Of a stretch of 64,000 bases of DNA, positions 19,348 to 28,695 are shown piece by piece (within the stretch, counting starts at the first letter, position 1; the number at the start of each line of letters is the position of its first letter). The translations under genes and the position numbers were made by a program. Source of the stretch: an uncultured virus (IMG/VR IMGVR_UViG_3300003690_002253) (Duplodnaviria; Heunggongvirae; Uroviricota; Caudoviricetes); the IMG/VR virus record IMGVR_UViG_3300003690_002253; one strand, given 5' to 3'. Under the pieces are notes generated by a model that made no database searches, was not told the DNA's origin, and saw only the letters and a list, made by a program, of their open reading frames with translations.

Positions 19348-22296
19348 TTATCTGTCACCGTGGCGTGGTCTCCCCTGTGAGTAACGCGAACTGCCCGGGT
19401 AAACGGTATTACTGGATGCGACCGGGGGGGTGCCCCGGAGGTGTTGACCAGCATCGTGCGTTGCTCGGCTATACGCAGCGCGGTCTCCACCGGCGAGGGC
19501 CTGTCGAGCTTCTAGATCGGCAGTGAACTGGTTCGCAGCCTGCCGATCCTTCAATGCGTCCCAGAATGCCCGTCTACCTTTATTTCTATTAATAGTTTGT
19601 AGAATGTCCGGTGTTTTATCCACCGAATTGTATTTTTCCAATCTATGAATTGCGGTGCCAGCACCACTTGCACCCACACGGAGTATCTGACGAACCTTCT
19701 CGTGGCCGCTCCGGGGTTCCGCTGAAAAACTACCAGTAATCGGGTTCTTCCAGTACGTCATGTTCTCTCGAAAAACAGTCTGAAAATTATTAGCTGCATC
19801 TATGATGCCCTTATTATGATAAAATTCCCGGTGCCACTCTTTTAGTTTTTCCGGATCTTGCGGTCGTTCTTCATTAAGTTCATGCATGCGTGCTATTGCT
19901 GTTGCTCTCTGCTCTCCGACCTGCTCATAACTACTCTCGTTATAAGTAATACCCGCCGTCACATCTCGTTTACTTTCTATCTGCGCTGGAAGATCTTTAA
20001 CCTCCTGACGTAACTGATGAAGTCGGCCCATCTGATTTATCTGATCCCTATCCAACATTTGTTTCCTAATAACATCAGGATGATAAGGACTCCTTCTCTC
20101 CTCTGGGGGGAGTTCAGATATTTTACTCTGTAACTCTTCCCTAATGACGTCGTGAGTAAGGCTCGGATGATCCTTAGCCCACTGCCCTAATCCCTCAGCA
20201 GCTTGTATGCGAGAAAACATGGTAGGATGACTTCCCTTTTCGGCTATCGCCAGCTCCCAAGCTTTGCTCGGAGATATCACATTTCTGCCCTTGTCAAGAA
20301 TCTCCTGCGCATAATCTTGAACTTGTGCCGCATACACTTTATTCTGCCTTATCCGCATAGCCTCAAGTCGGAAGTCCCTGTGACCGACGGGCCTGCCATC
20401 CACTGTCCAGCGTGATATGTCATCGTCGGTGTTCAGCTCGCCATCCTTGCCCGGCATCCGCTGGACTTCGTTAGGAAGTTCCGAAAGAGGCACGTTCTTA
20501 CCGTCCTCTCCAGTGAGAAACGCGTTTCTCGAAGAATCCTGTGTGTGATGCCCGTGTTGTTCTAACAGCCAACCATATACCTGTCTTCTCTGAACTTCCT
20601 CATCTTCCACCCGAATATCACCTTCCGGTGTGTATGCCTTTTCCTGTAGATCCTTAACAGCTCTAAGATATTTCTCTCGTGGCATTGTTTCTAGCATGCC
20701 GCGAACCTGTCTAACGCGATCAGGCATTGGTATTTCATTACCGTCACGATCTTTTTCCGAAGTAAAATGATCCACAAAAAAGTTGACCAGCTGTTCTCGG
20801 GGTAGATCCTGTTCAACCTCTTCCGCATTAGGGGCAGCAAAACGTTCTCCACCGCCCTGCCTCAGTTTTTCCTCCATAGCCTTAAGTCCTCGTTCTGCAT
20901 TTGGTAATCTCCCCTTAAGATTCTCATATGTGCCTTCCGTGTAGTAATCACTCAGTGGCTGACCCTCAGTCAAATCGTAGCCCCAACGCATGTCCCTATC
21001 GTAATCACTGAACTTTTTACCCCATTGCGGATTCTCCGCAAGACCGAGCTTCCTAGCGATTGACCCTAAGAAATCCGCTCCACCAGCAAACATTTCCTGC
21101 GTTGCATACTGACCAGACTCCATACCCAATAATGCCTGCTGCATGTATTTATTGAACGTAGGATTAACTTCTGTTCGGCCAGTCCAATCAAAACCGATCA
21201 TCTTTTTGCCGAGATTTGGATTGGGTATCTTCTCTCCAGCCTTGGGATGACCTTCTTCATATTTATCCCAGTAGCCGTCTTTATTCTTATCGACCCACCT
21301 GTTCATATCCGGTTGAATAAGACCCTTAGCACGCTTGTAATTTTCCGCCCATCGACCCTGAGACCCGGCCCGCATTATCTGGGCATCCTCTTCTGCATTC
21401 TCAGACTTCCAAAGCGCATATGCTTCTTCAGCTGGTTCTTGCAAAGCATATCGCAACCCTTCAAAGGCTCCCAGCACCCGACCAGCGGTACTAACACCGG
21501 CTTTAAGTTTCCCAAGGCCCGGGACACTTTTTTTCATCCAACGAAGTTTCGTGAACTTATTCGGGATCAATCCAGTACCGGGCACCTTGTTCGTGTACTT
21601 GGTAACCCCTCTTAATGCATTCAAGTTACGCTTTAGAGTGCTCACCCCCTGAATGGTTGCCCTCTCAGTTGCGCTTAAAGCAGACAAAGGCCTCAACTTC
21701 CCTGCTTCATCAACCAAATTCAATGCGTTTCCATAACCCATTCCTTGCATAGCTTGCACAAATGGGTTAACTCCACGAAATCCTCTGGACAATACCCACG
21801 CTTTCGGTCCCAGCGCAGCCAGACCGGCTGACTCTTGAGTAGCCTTATAAGTGTTGTAGGCCCCGCGTATATTCGCTGGGGCATTCATAAATTGCCCGGC
21901 ACGGGAAAACATATCCTTCCCGGTCTGCGCCGCACCTTGATTCCACATTTGGTAGCCAGTTTTTCCAGCTTGACCCAGAGCTTGGAAGGGAAGCTGGATT
22001 CCTTTACCCATGAAGTAACGGGGATCACCCCGTATGTGAGCGCCCAGACCGTAATTACCCCAGTTTTTACCTAGGCTAAAAAGGTCTATACCGAACTCTG
22101 CTGCTCGGTGTCCGGGTGTTGTCCCCAACCTCTCCATCGGAACTTCTTGGTATCGCTGTGGCCTCCAGCCCGGGATATAGTTATACGATCCGGGGACACC
22201 CTGTAAGTGAGCGTCTTGCCCCGCCATGAGACGATGACCAGCGTACGATCCGTAAGCCGGTTCCGTCTCCATCGGTGAGGCGAATCTGCCAGTCAA
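19348..22296 (-). CDS. Large putative ejection/internal protein, possibly the C-terminal part of a frameshifted gene with 22181..23752
   Basis: 982 aa; TTG start right after an in-frame TAG, no SD, overlaps upstream ORF by 116 nt. Confidence 0.65.
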   Translation of the reverse strand: MTGRFASPMETEPAYGSYAGHRLMAGQDAHLQGVPGSYNYIPGWRPQRYQEVPMERLGTTPGHRAAEFGIDLFSLGKNWGNYGLGAHIRGDPRYFMGKGIQLPFQALGQAGKTGYQMWNQGAAQTGKDMFSRAGQFMNAPANIRGAYNTYKATQESAGLAALGPKAWVLSRGFRGVNPFVQAMQGMGYGNALNLVDEAGKLRPLSALSATERATIQGVSTLKRNLNALRGVTKYTNKVPGTGLIPNKFTKLRWMKKSVPGLGKLKAGVSTAGRVLGAFEGLRYALQEPAEEAYALWKSENAEEDAQIMRAGSQGRWAENYKRAKGLIQPDMNRWVDKNKDGYWDKYEEGHPKAGEKIPNPNLGKKMIGFDWTGRTEVNPTFNKYMQQALLGMESGQYATQEMFAGGADFLGSIARKLGLAENPQWGKKFSDYDRDMRWGYDLTEGQPLSDYYTEGTYENLKGRLPNAERGLKAMEEKLRQGGGERFAAPNAEEVEQDLPREQLVNFFVDHFTSEKDRDGNEIPMPDRVRQVRGMLETMPREKYLRAVKDLQEKAYTPEGDIRVEDEEVQRRQVYGWLLEQHGHHTQDSSRNAFLTGEDGKNVPLSELPNEVQRMPGKDGELNTDDDISRWTVDGRPVGHRDFRLEAMRIRQNKVYAAQVQDYAQEILDKGRNVISPSKAWELAIAEKGSHPTMFSRIQAAEGLGQWAKDHPSLTHDVIREELQSKISELPPEERRSPYHPDVIRKQMLDRDQINQMGRLHQLRQEVKDLPAQIESKRDVTAGITYNESSYEQVGEQRATAIARMHELNEERPQDPEKLKEWHREFYHNKGIIDAANNFQTVFRENMTYWKNPITGSFSAEPRSGHEKVRQILRVGASGAGTAIHRLEKYNSVDKTPDILQTINRNKGRRAFWDALKDRQAANQFTADLEARQALAGGDRAAYSRATHDAGQHLRGTPPVASSNTVYPGSSRYSQGRPRHGDR

Positions 22297-23752
22297 CTAG
22301 ATCATCAAGATATGACTCGATAGGCCGCATTGTCGTCTGAGAACCGGGATTTCTGCCTCCCAGTATATTCAGAGCACCACCGGTACGAGGGTCCTGTGAT
22401 TCCCACCATTGCTTGTAATGTGGATATATTTCTCTTGCCCGTATTCTTGCCGTGACCATCGGGTCCACATCAACAGGAGATGTACCGTACCTTAAATTCG
22501 GCACCGTAAATCCCCCCTTTCCATCGCCTTTACCGGTGTCAAATTCACCTATACCTGCCGGTTGGTCTTGCCTAAAATCTGGAACATTAAACGTTAACCT
22601 CTGACGCTGGCCCAGTTCATTGAGGGAGTACTTGTAGCCCGTGTCCGACGGGTACTTAGTATATGGATTGTAGTCAGTACGAGCGTAATTGCCATGTTGT
22701 CGGTTTCCCTGCGCGTCGTAACGCGGCGCACCTCCTTCTAATGACCCACCCGCAAAAAACCAAGCCATTTGTTCTTCGGTAACAGGAGGACCGTCCTTTC
22801 GATCTCCACCTTCCAACATTCGATTACCGAACTGAGTAGGATTACCAAACCCTCGTTGCAGCATTTGCTGATTGAGCCCGAAAATGACGCTATTGGTGGT
22901 GGGGTGAGTAAAATCAGAAAGCTCAACCTGCTGAGCCGTTTCACCCGGCCCCGACCCGCTTGCGCCCATACCATGAACCCATACGGGATTGTTCTGATCA
23001 TCAAAGGCCCAGCCACCACCGAGGGGGATACGAGACAGATGGCGACGCACTGCTTCCTGCGTCTTCTCATCCGACGTGAAATACTTATCACCTAACTTCG
23101 GATCGAGGTTTGCATACGGGTCCTCAGACCCTCGTAACGTAATACCGGCAGAAGACTCCAGCGGGTTCGGTGTTCCTCCACTTGGAACGTCCTCAAACTT
23201 ACTAGGATCGTATAGGGGGGTTTTCTGCGGAGGAGGCAAATTTTGCGGTAAATTCGTTTCCGACATTTGTAATACGGGGTTTTCCGGTAGCTCTTGTCCA
23301 AACTTATACAGAAACGCCCCATACTTCGCTAACGGCGTTGCATTTTGACTTTCGTCAAACTTGTTAAGGCTGGAACGACTGAAACCACCTAGCCGAGTAC
23401 TTCCCGGTGTTGACTTGGACATCAAGGTTTTCCAGTCACTGGGGCCCATACCAGCAGCCATAATGCCAGCTCCAAATGGGTTTGGCATTTTTGCTACCAT
23501 AGGAAGCAAACCCTTACCTATAGGCGTTTCCCACAAGTTTCCATAATTACCGCCTGCCCCATAAGACTTGCCAAACAAATTAGACAAGAAGCCGCCTTTT
23601 TGCGACAGAATAGTTGATGCTGGAGTGGTTACTGCCGGAGTGGTTACTGCTGGAGTGGTTACTGCTGGAGTAGTTGCTGGGTAGGTAGTTGTTGGCTGCG
23701 CCTGCTTAAACATCTGCCGGACAGCAATTTGACCTAATTCAGAAGGTGTCAT
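22181..23752 (-). CDS. Putative internal virion protein with leader MTPSELGQIAVRQMFKQA
   Basis: 523 aa, GGAGG SD, TTPAV repeats, Gly/Pro-rich. Confidence 0.7.
   Translation of the reverse strand: MTPSELGQIAVRQMFKQAQPTTTYPATTPAVTTPAVTTPAVTTPASTILSQKGGFLSNLFGKSYGAGGNYGNLWETPIGKGLLPMVAKMPNPFGAGIMAAGMGPSDWKTLMSKSTPGSTRLGGFSRSSLNKFDESQNATPLAKYGAFLYKFGQELPENPVLQMSETNLPQNLPPPQKTPLYDPSKFEDVPSGGTPNPLESSAGITLRGSEDPYANLDPKLGDKYFTSDEKTQEAVRRHLSRIPLGGGWAFDDQNNPVWVHGMGASGSGPGETAQQVELSDFTHPTTNSVIFGLNQQMLQRGFGNPTQFGNRMLEGGDRKDGPPVTEEQMAWFFAGGSLEGGAPRYDAQGNRQHGNYARTDYNPYTKYPSDTGYKYSLNELGQRQRLTFNVPDFRQDQPAGIGEFDTGKGDGKGGFTVPNLRYGTSPVDVDPMVTARIRAREIYPHYKQWWESQDPRTGGALNILGGRNPGSQTTMRPIESYLDDLVDWQIRLTDGDGTGLRIVRWSSSHGGARRSLTGCPRIV
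22219..22290. repeat. Dispersed coding repeat, also at 44410-44459, 44477-44531 and (partial) 45161-45188
   Basis: ccatgagacgatgaccagc...ccgtaagccggttccgtctccatcg near-identical; ccatcggtgaggcgaatctgcc identical at 22269 and 45167. Confidence 0.9.
23619..23680. repeat. 15-bp tandem repeat encoding (TTPAV)n
   Basis: gctggagtggttact unit repeated about four times. Confidence 0.85.
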
Positions 23753-25634
23753 TCGACCCCTCCTCCGGAGATTTCACTAAACCTCCCGGAATCCTTCCAA
23801 AATCTACACTACGAGAAATGCTGGGAACAAAACTCGTGCCTCGCTCTTCACTGACGGCCCCACGTCTAGCACCCTCCAGCAAACTCTTCTTCAGCCCCGA
23901 ACCGTACATTCTAGTCATCCAGTCCGGGTCATGCTGAAGACTGTACATTCCACGTATCATCTCCGGCTCAAAAGGAGGCGGCTCATCGTGAACATCAACT
24001 TTATCTATTCCAAATTCTTTCAAATCGACCAGCATTGATGGTCGTACTTTGGTGCCAATAGTGTAGTGCAGCACAGGACGCTCTAGATATTTTCCGACTG
24101 CCTGCTTTGGTGTCACATTCCTAGCGCCAGAACGTGGTTTCCACGTATGCTCCAGCGTGGAATAAGGAATAATATCATCTGGAACATTATCTCCGTACTC
24201 CTCTGTCAGACGAACATGATTAATAAGCCCCCGAGACAACAACTCAATATTTCTTCGATGAGGGGAAAGACCAGCCCCCTGCATGGCATCCCGGTAAGCA
24301 CTAACAAAGTATCGACGTCCTTCTCCCACGCCCTTGTACTTGGTCACAATCGACGGGTTAGGGAAGCCTTCACTAATAATATCCCCAGCTTCAACCTTAT
24401 CGCCTTTTTTTACCTTCAAACCATACCCCGCACCAACATAGTGAGGAACATCATCGATTGTTACAAAATAACCCCCAGCTGGAGCCTCCTCAATACGCTG
24501 AACAGTTCCATCCATCGTGGTGTGTGCCGCACCACCCTTGAACTTCTTCGGAACCTGTATGAGTTGATTAATGTACTTGAACCCGCCTACGGCCTCTTCC
24601 TCACCCACAACACCGCCAGAGTGTTTGGCGGCTAACTGAGCTTGGCTAAGTGGTTCGCTTAAAGCCTGTGCAGCTTGAAGACCTACCTGCTCTCCACGTC
24701 CCGGCAACGTTCCTTTCTCACGAACTCCCACATCTCGGGCGTAAACACCACCCGCAGGTGATCCTCCAACCATGGGAGATCGCACCAAGATGCGTTTCTT
24801 GCCCAACCGCTTCAGATGCTTTCTGATCTTGGGCGTAATAACAGTGTTCCTCTTGTATGGCCCCGTGTCGGCAGCCAGCAACGCTCCTTCGTTATCGGAG
24901 TCATCCGTGTCCACGGGCACACCCCGTCTAATCTTTTGCTGCCCTTCTTCCTCGTAATCGTTGTCCGTCACAACGAGGCGATGTGCCACTTGGTTCAACT
25001 GCTTGGAAAGAAAACCGGCATCCTGTGTGGCAAATTTCGTTGCGATAATTCCTTTTCGTGCCCCATACGTCCCAGCCCAATATTCCTCGGGGGACAGCCC
25101 CTCTGAATAACTGCGAAGAACAGGAATGGGAAGCGGCTCATCACGGTGATCCGCATACAGCAGGTCACTTCCCAGCAAACTGGCGAGATTCATGGGGTTT
25201 CCGCGAGCACCCGCGATAACCTGCATAGCCAGCGGATTATCCGCAGCAAGCGCCTCTTCCATGATTGCTTCCTGCTGCGGCTTCATCTCGGAACCTACTG
25301 CCCGGACGATGGCTTCGTTCATCTTCGTGTCGTCCAGATCTGTCCTGCTTAAGATCTTTGTCAGACGATCTCGAATACGCTTCCTTGTTTTCTCTGCCGC
25401 TTTAGAAGTTTTTAGATGTCGCAACCCAAACGAAAAACTTCCGCTTTCCTGAGCGCCTTGTCTCCCTACCTCATTCAAAGCAAAAGATATATCTCTGTAT
25501 CTATCCGGATATTCCTGCGCAACTTCCCGAAGCAGGTCAGTCAAACCCCGCTTATCGAGCACACGTTCATAATCACGCAATTCCTCAGGAAGCGTTTCAT
25601 TTACGAGAAACTGTCCTACAGTGGCACTTCGCAT
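23739..25634 (-). CDS. rpoC: DNA-directed RNA polymerase beta' C-terminal half
   Basis: GARGN, bridge helix GLSPEEYW...GARKG...TQDAGFLSKQL, trigger loop AAQALSEPLSQ...KHSGG, jaw LKVKKGDKVEAGD, RRNIELL. Confidence 0.92.
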   Translation of the reverse strand: MRSATVGQFLVNETLPEELRDYERVLDKRGLTDLLREVAQEYPDRYRDISFALNEVGRQGAQESGSFSFGLRHLKTSKAAEKTRKRIRDRLTKILSRTDLDDTKMNEAIVRAVGSEMKPQQEAIMEEALAADNPLAMQVIAGARGNPMNLASLLGSDLLYADHRDEPLPIPVLRSYSEGLSPEEYWAGTYGARKGIIATKFATQDAGFLSKQLNQVAHRLVVTDNDYEEEGQQKIRRGVPVDTDDSDNEGALLAADTGPYKRNTVITPKIRKHLKRLGKKRILVRSPMVGGSPAGGVYARDVGVREKGTLPGRGEQVGLQAAQALSEPLSQAQLAAKHSGGVVGEEEAVGGFKYINQLIQVPKKFKGGAAHTTMDGTVQRIEEAPAGGYFVTIDDVPHYVGAGYGLKVKKGDKVEAGDIISEGFPNPSIVTKYKGVGEGRRYFVSAYRDAMQGAGLSPHRRNIELLSRGLINHVRLTEEYGDNVPDDIIPYSTLEHTWKPRSGARNVTPKQAVGKYLERPVLHYTIGTKVRPSMLVDLKEFGIDKVDVHDEPPPFEPEMIRGMYSLQHDPDWMTRMYGSGLKKSLLEGARRGAVSEERGTSFVPSISRSVDFGRIPGGLVKSPEEGSNDTF

Positions 25635-25660
25635 CCTGCTTGCCCGATAAATCCCAGAAT

Positions 25661-26380
25661 TTAATCATCACCGTCATCGTCGTCATCTGTTGCCCCGAAC
25701 AAACTAGCAATTGACGGAGTATCATCCTTGTTCGACGCGTCTAAAAGTTCTTCTGAAGTAGGTGCATCTTCCGCCACCTCTTCCTCCTCAAGAAGATCCT
25801 CAACCCCCTCTTCCTCCTCTTCGTCCTCTTCGTCCTCTTCGTCGTCAACATCTGTATCTACTTCATCGAGGTCATCAGGAATAACATTTTCCTGCGGCTC
25901 TTCCTCAACTTCCGGAGAAACCACAACCGGGTCAAGTAATACAAAATTAACGCTCGCAGCTTGATCGAATGTAAGTTCCTCGCGGCCTACTCGCAGCTCA
26001 AGGTTCGTCCTAGCTTTCTGCATTAAATCTGCCATGACAGGAATACGTACTGTCGTTGTCCCGGTGCGGAACAGAACAGACACGCTATCCAACACCCTAG
26101 GGATATCCGACACATCTGAAATAGACTCCGTTTCCCCAGTAACTTCGGGTAACGTAGAAGACTCATCGACGACAGTGAACCCCTCGTCATTGGCATAATA
26201 CTTATCTGTTGAATCAACGCCACCGTGTGTCGGCTTTCGCCCTTTACCTTGCGAAGTTACTTTGGTGCTAACGTCACTACCGGGTTGCGTAGTTGACGTC
26301 TGACTTGACGCATAGTATTTCTTATCGGCAGATAGATTTTGGTCCATGGTTATATTTCCTTCTACTTCAACGTCTTGCAA
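25661..26380 (-). CDS. Hypothetical acidic protein
   Basis: 239 aa with D/E-rich C-terminus. Confidence 0.65.
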   Translation of the reverse strand: MQDVEVEGNITMDQNLSADKKYYASSQTSTTQPGSDVSTKVTSQGKGRKPTHGGVDSTDKYYANDEGFTVVDESSTLPEVTGETESISDVSDIPRVLDSVSVLFRTGTTTVRIPVMADLMQKARTNLELRVGREELTFDQAASVNFVLLDPVVVSPEVEEEPQENVIPDDLDEVDTDVDDEEDEEDEEEEEGVEDLLEEEEVAEDAPTSEELLDASNKDDTPSIASLFGATDDDDDGDD

Positions 26381-26622
26381 ATTACGGTAATGTCATACCC
26401 TATTTGCTTCAACGAATCGTTAAAATCATCAGCATAAACATTTGACAGCAATAAAACCCCGGGAACACCCTGTTCTGCTGCAAGCTGAACTGGTTCCCCG
26501 TTGTCCCCTTTAATTACAACTTGTGTGGCCTCCAAAATAATTGGAGTACTGCCAATCCCATTTGGAAGTATTTCAAGTCGCACGGTTAACTCCTCTTTGC
26601 TGCCGCCTGCATACTCAACCAA
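26362..26622 (-). CDS. Hypothetical protein
   Basis: 86 aa, co-oriented gap filler; start uncertain. Confidence 0.5.
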   Translation of the reverse strand: MVEYAGGSKEELTVRLEILPNGIGSTPIILEATQVVIKGDNGEPVQLAAEQGVPGVLLLSNVYADDFNDSLKQIGYDITVICKTLK

Positions 26623-27314
26623 GCAGATGCAACATCGGCAGTAGATTGAAAATCGTCTACTACAGTGTGGCTCGGAACTGCCCTGTCAGCACGTCCGTTC
26701 TCCCATGCAGCCTGCTTTGGCGGAGCGCCACCCATTGGTGCGGCTGCGCCCATCGGCTCGATAGGAGCGGGGGGACTAATGGCACTTCCGCCCCCGCCAC
26801 CTTCTAAAGCACCAGCTCCGGCAGACCCACCCTGCGCCATAGCAGTTAAATCCTCTGGAGTAGCAACCATATCGGCAGCAGGTATTTGAATCCCTAAAGC
26901 ATCAGAAATCTTGGCTAAAATCTTCTTGATCTGCATGATCTCAATATTAACGTCAATCTTTGGCTTAATCATGCCACCGTCACCGCCGCCAACACCGCCC
27001 ATAGCGGCCTGCACGGCTTGCTGAATCATAGGCTGAAGTCCGGCCATGGGGTCCATAGGAGGAGCACCACCGCCCATCATTGGGTCCATCATTGGGTCCA
27101 TGGGGGGACCGCCGGGCATGGGAGGACCACCACCACCGGCCATTGGGTCCATGGGAGGACCGCCGGGCGGAGGAGGACCACCACCACCAGCCATCGGGTC
27201 CATCATGGGATCGCCTGCTTGTACAAATGCCGACTTCTCAGCACCAGCGGCCTCGGCGAGGTTCTGTTTTGCTAAACCCAATAGTTCCGGGTTGATAGTT
27301 CCGTAAGAAGACAT
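26586..27314 (-). CDS. Pro/Gly/Met-rich low-complexity protein
   Basis: PMDPMAGGGG repeats; EKSA and KQAA motifs; AGGAG SD. Confidence 0.7.
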   Translation of the reverse strand: MSSYGTINPELLGLAKQNLAEAAGAEKSAFVQAGDPMMDPMAGGGGPPPPGGPPMDPMAGGGGPPMPGGPPMDPMMDPMMGGGAPPMDPMAGLQPMIQQAVQAAMGGVGGGDGGMIKPKIDVNIEIMQIKKILAKISDALGIQIPAADMVATPEDLTAMAQGGSAGAGALEGGGGGSAISPPAPIEPMGAAAPMGGAPPKQAAWENGRADRAVPSHTVVDDFQSTADVASAWLSMQAAAKRS

Positions 27315-27340
27315 CTTTTATTTCTCCTAAATGCGATTAC

Positions 27341-28642
27341 CTAATAACTAAATTGTTGGGCAGCAGCACGACCTAGATCACTCGCCGTCTTTGCATCATC
27401 ACCACCCCCGCCGAAACGGTTGGAAAGGTAATACCCGAGAGCACCACCACCAGTCGTCGCGACTAGATTGTAAATACGTTGCAACCTCTCTCGTCGTTCT
27501 CGCTCACTCGGAGTCTCGTCCTGTTTGACTCCCGGACCCAAGAGCGAGGACAATATGTAACCACCCAAAGCACCAGCGCCTACCGGAGCAGCCTTGTTTA
27601 TTGCTGTACCAACCCCTTCACGCCATTTTCCTGCTTCTTCCGCTTGACTCTTCATACCCGCAGACACGTCAGCAGCGGCTCCCGGTAATGGGTCTAGAAC
27701 CCGAGAGATCTGCGGTAAAACCTCTCCAGTAAACTCAGCGGCATCACTTGTCACCTCCTGAAATTCACCTGCCGCATCCGCGACCGCCCGGATGATCCCC
27801 GGTTTTTCCTCGAATGTCCAGCTTCGTTTGGCTGCTGGCAGGACCAGTTGCTTCCCAACATAAGGCCCCCACTTCTTCTTGAACTTATCGTACTCGACAT
27901 CCTGCCCCTCCGCGATTGGATCTGGGGCATCGGGCGAAACTTCGGATACCAGCTTGTTGAAATCGCTCAGCGGCACGGTTACCTCGACACCGTTAGGGGC
28001 TTTAATGGTCGTCATTGTAGGGGCCGCAGTCTGTTTTTCTACATTTTCCGCTGCGCCAGCCCCAGCTTCCGTATAACGTTCAATGTTCTGAACTATTCCC
28101 GGGGCTGCTGTGAGAGCAGCGCCGCCACCAACAATAAGGCCTTTACCCGCCAAACCTTTCAGGAACTCATTCGTCCACATAGTACTCCTGTGTTGTTGAG
28201 GGGTAAGCTCTGTTAATCCCGTATCATAAGCTTGCTGAGGCGTCATACCCTTTGGCCAGCCACCCCTCTTCCTCGCCCGACCCAAGGCGGCCTCCTGCAT
28301 AGCTCTCAAGACACGAGGGTTCATAAGCCCCCAAGTACCGAGGCCAGTCAATCCACCAACTGTCAGCGGATCACCAACTCCGGACTCGTAACCCCCATAA
28401 CCGGCAGCACCGCCAGCCAATAGCGGCGCAATGTTCCCCTTGATGTTGTGTGGCGCAGCTGAAGGGCCAATCCATTTACCACTCTCCTCACCTATGCTTT
28501 TCAGCCACTTGCTAACAGCTCGCTGGCCAGTCTTTTCCATAGCCCTTCTGCCCAGACAGGAAGCTTCCTTTGCCGTACCGCCTTCAGTAACTGCGCGCTT
28601 TTTGAAGGAACGACAAAGCTCGTTGAAATAATTGTAGGTCAT
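27341..28642 (-). CDS. Putative internal virion protein with glycine zippers and C-terminal tag KTASDLGRAAA
   Basis: 433 aa; KKRA near N-terminus; several GxxxG helices. Confidence 0.7.
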   Translation of the reverse strand: MTYNYFNELCRSFKKRAVTEGGTAKEASCLGRRAMEKTGQRAVSKWLKSIGEESGKWIGPSAAPHNIKGNIAPLLAGGAAGYGGYESGVGDPLTVGGLTGLGTWGLMNPRVLRAMQEAALGRARKRGGWPKGMTPQQAYDTGLTELTPQQHRSTMWTNEFLKGLAGKGLIVGGGAALTAAPGIVQNIERYTEAGAGAAENVEKQTAAPTMTTIKAPNGVEVTVPLSDFNKLVSEVSPDAPDPIAEGQDVEYDKFKKKWGPYVGKQLVLPAAKRSWTFEEKPGIIRAVADAAGEFQEVTSDAAEFTGEVLPQISRVLDPLPGAAADVSAGMKSQAEEAGKWREGVGTAINKAAPVGAGALGGYILSSLLGPGVKQDETPSERERRERLQRIYNLVATTGGGALGYYLSNRFGGGGDDAKTASDLGRAAAQQFSY

Positions 28643-28695
28643 GTGTGATCCTTCACTCCCGATTTATCTACACTTATTGGTTAGTTGTAACCAAT

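Noticed and set aside
19348..22296. Tape measure protein call for the 982-aa ORF
   Set aside because: Not in the tail module, no regular periodicity seen, and linked to tagged internal proteins
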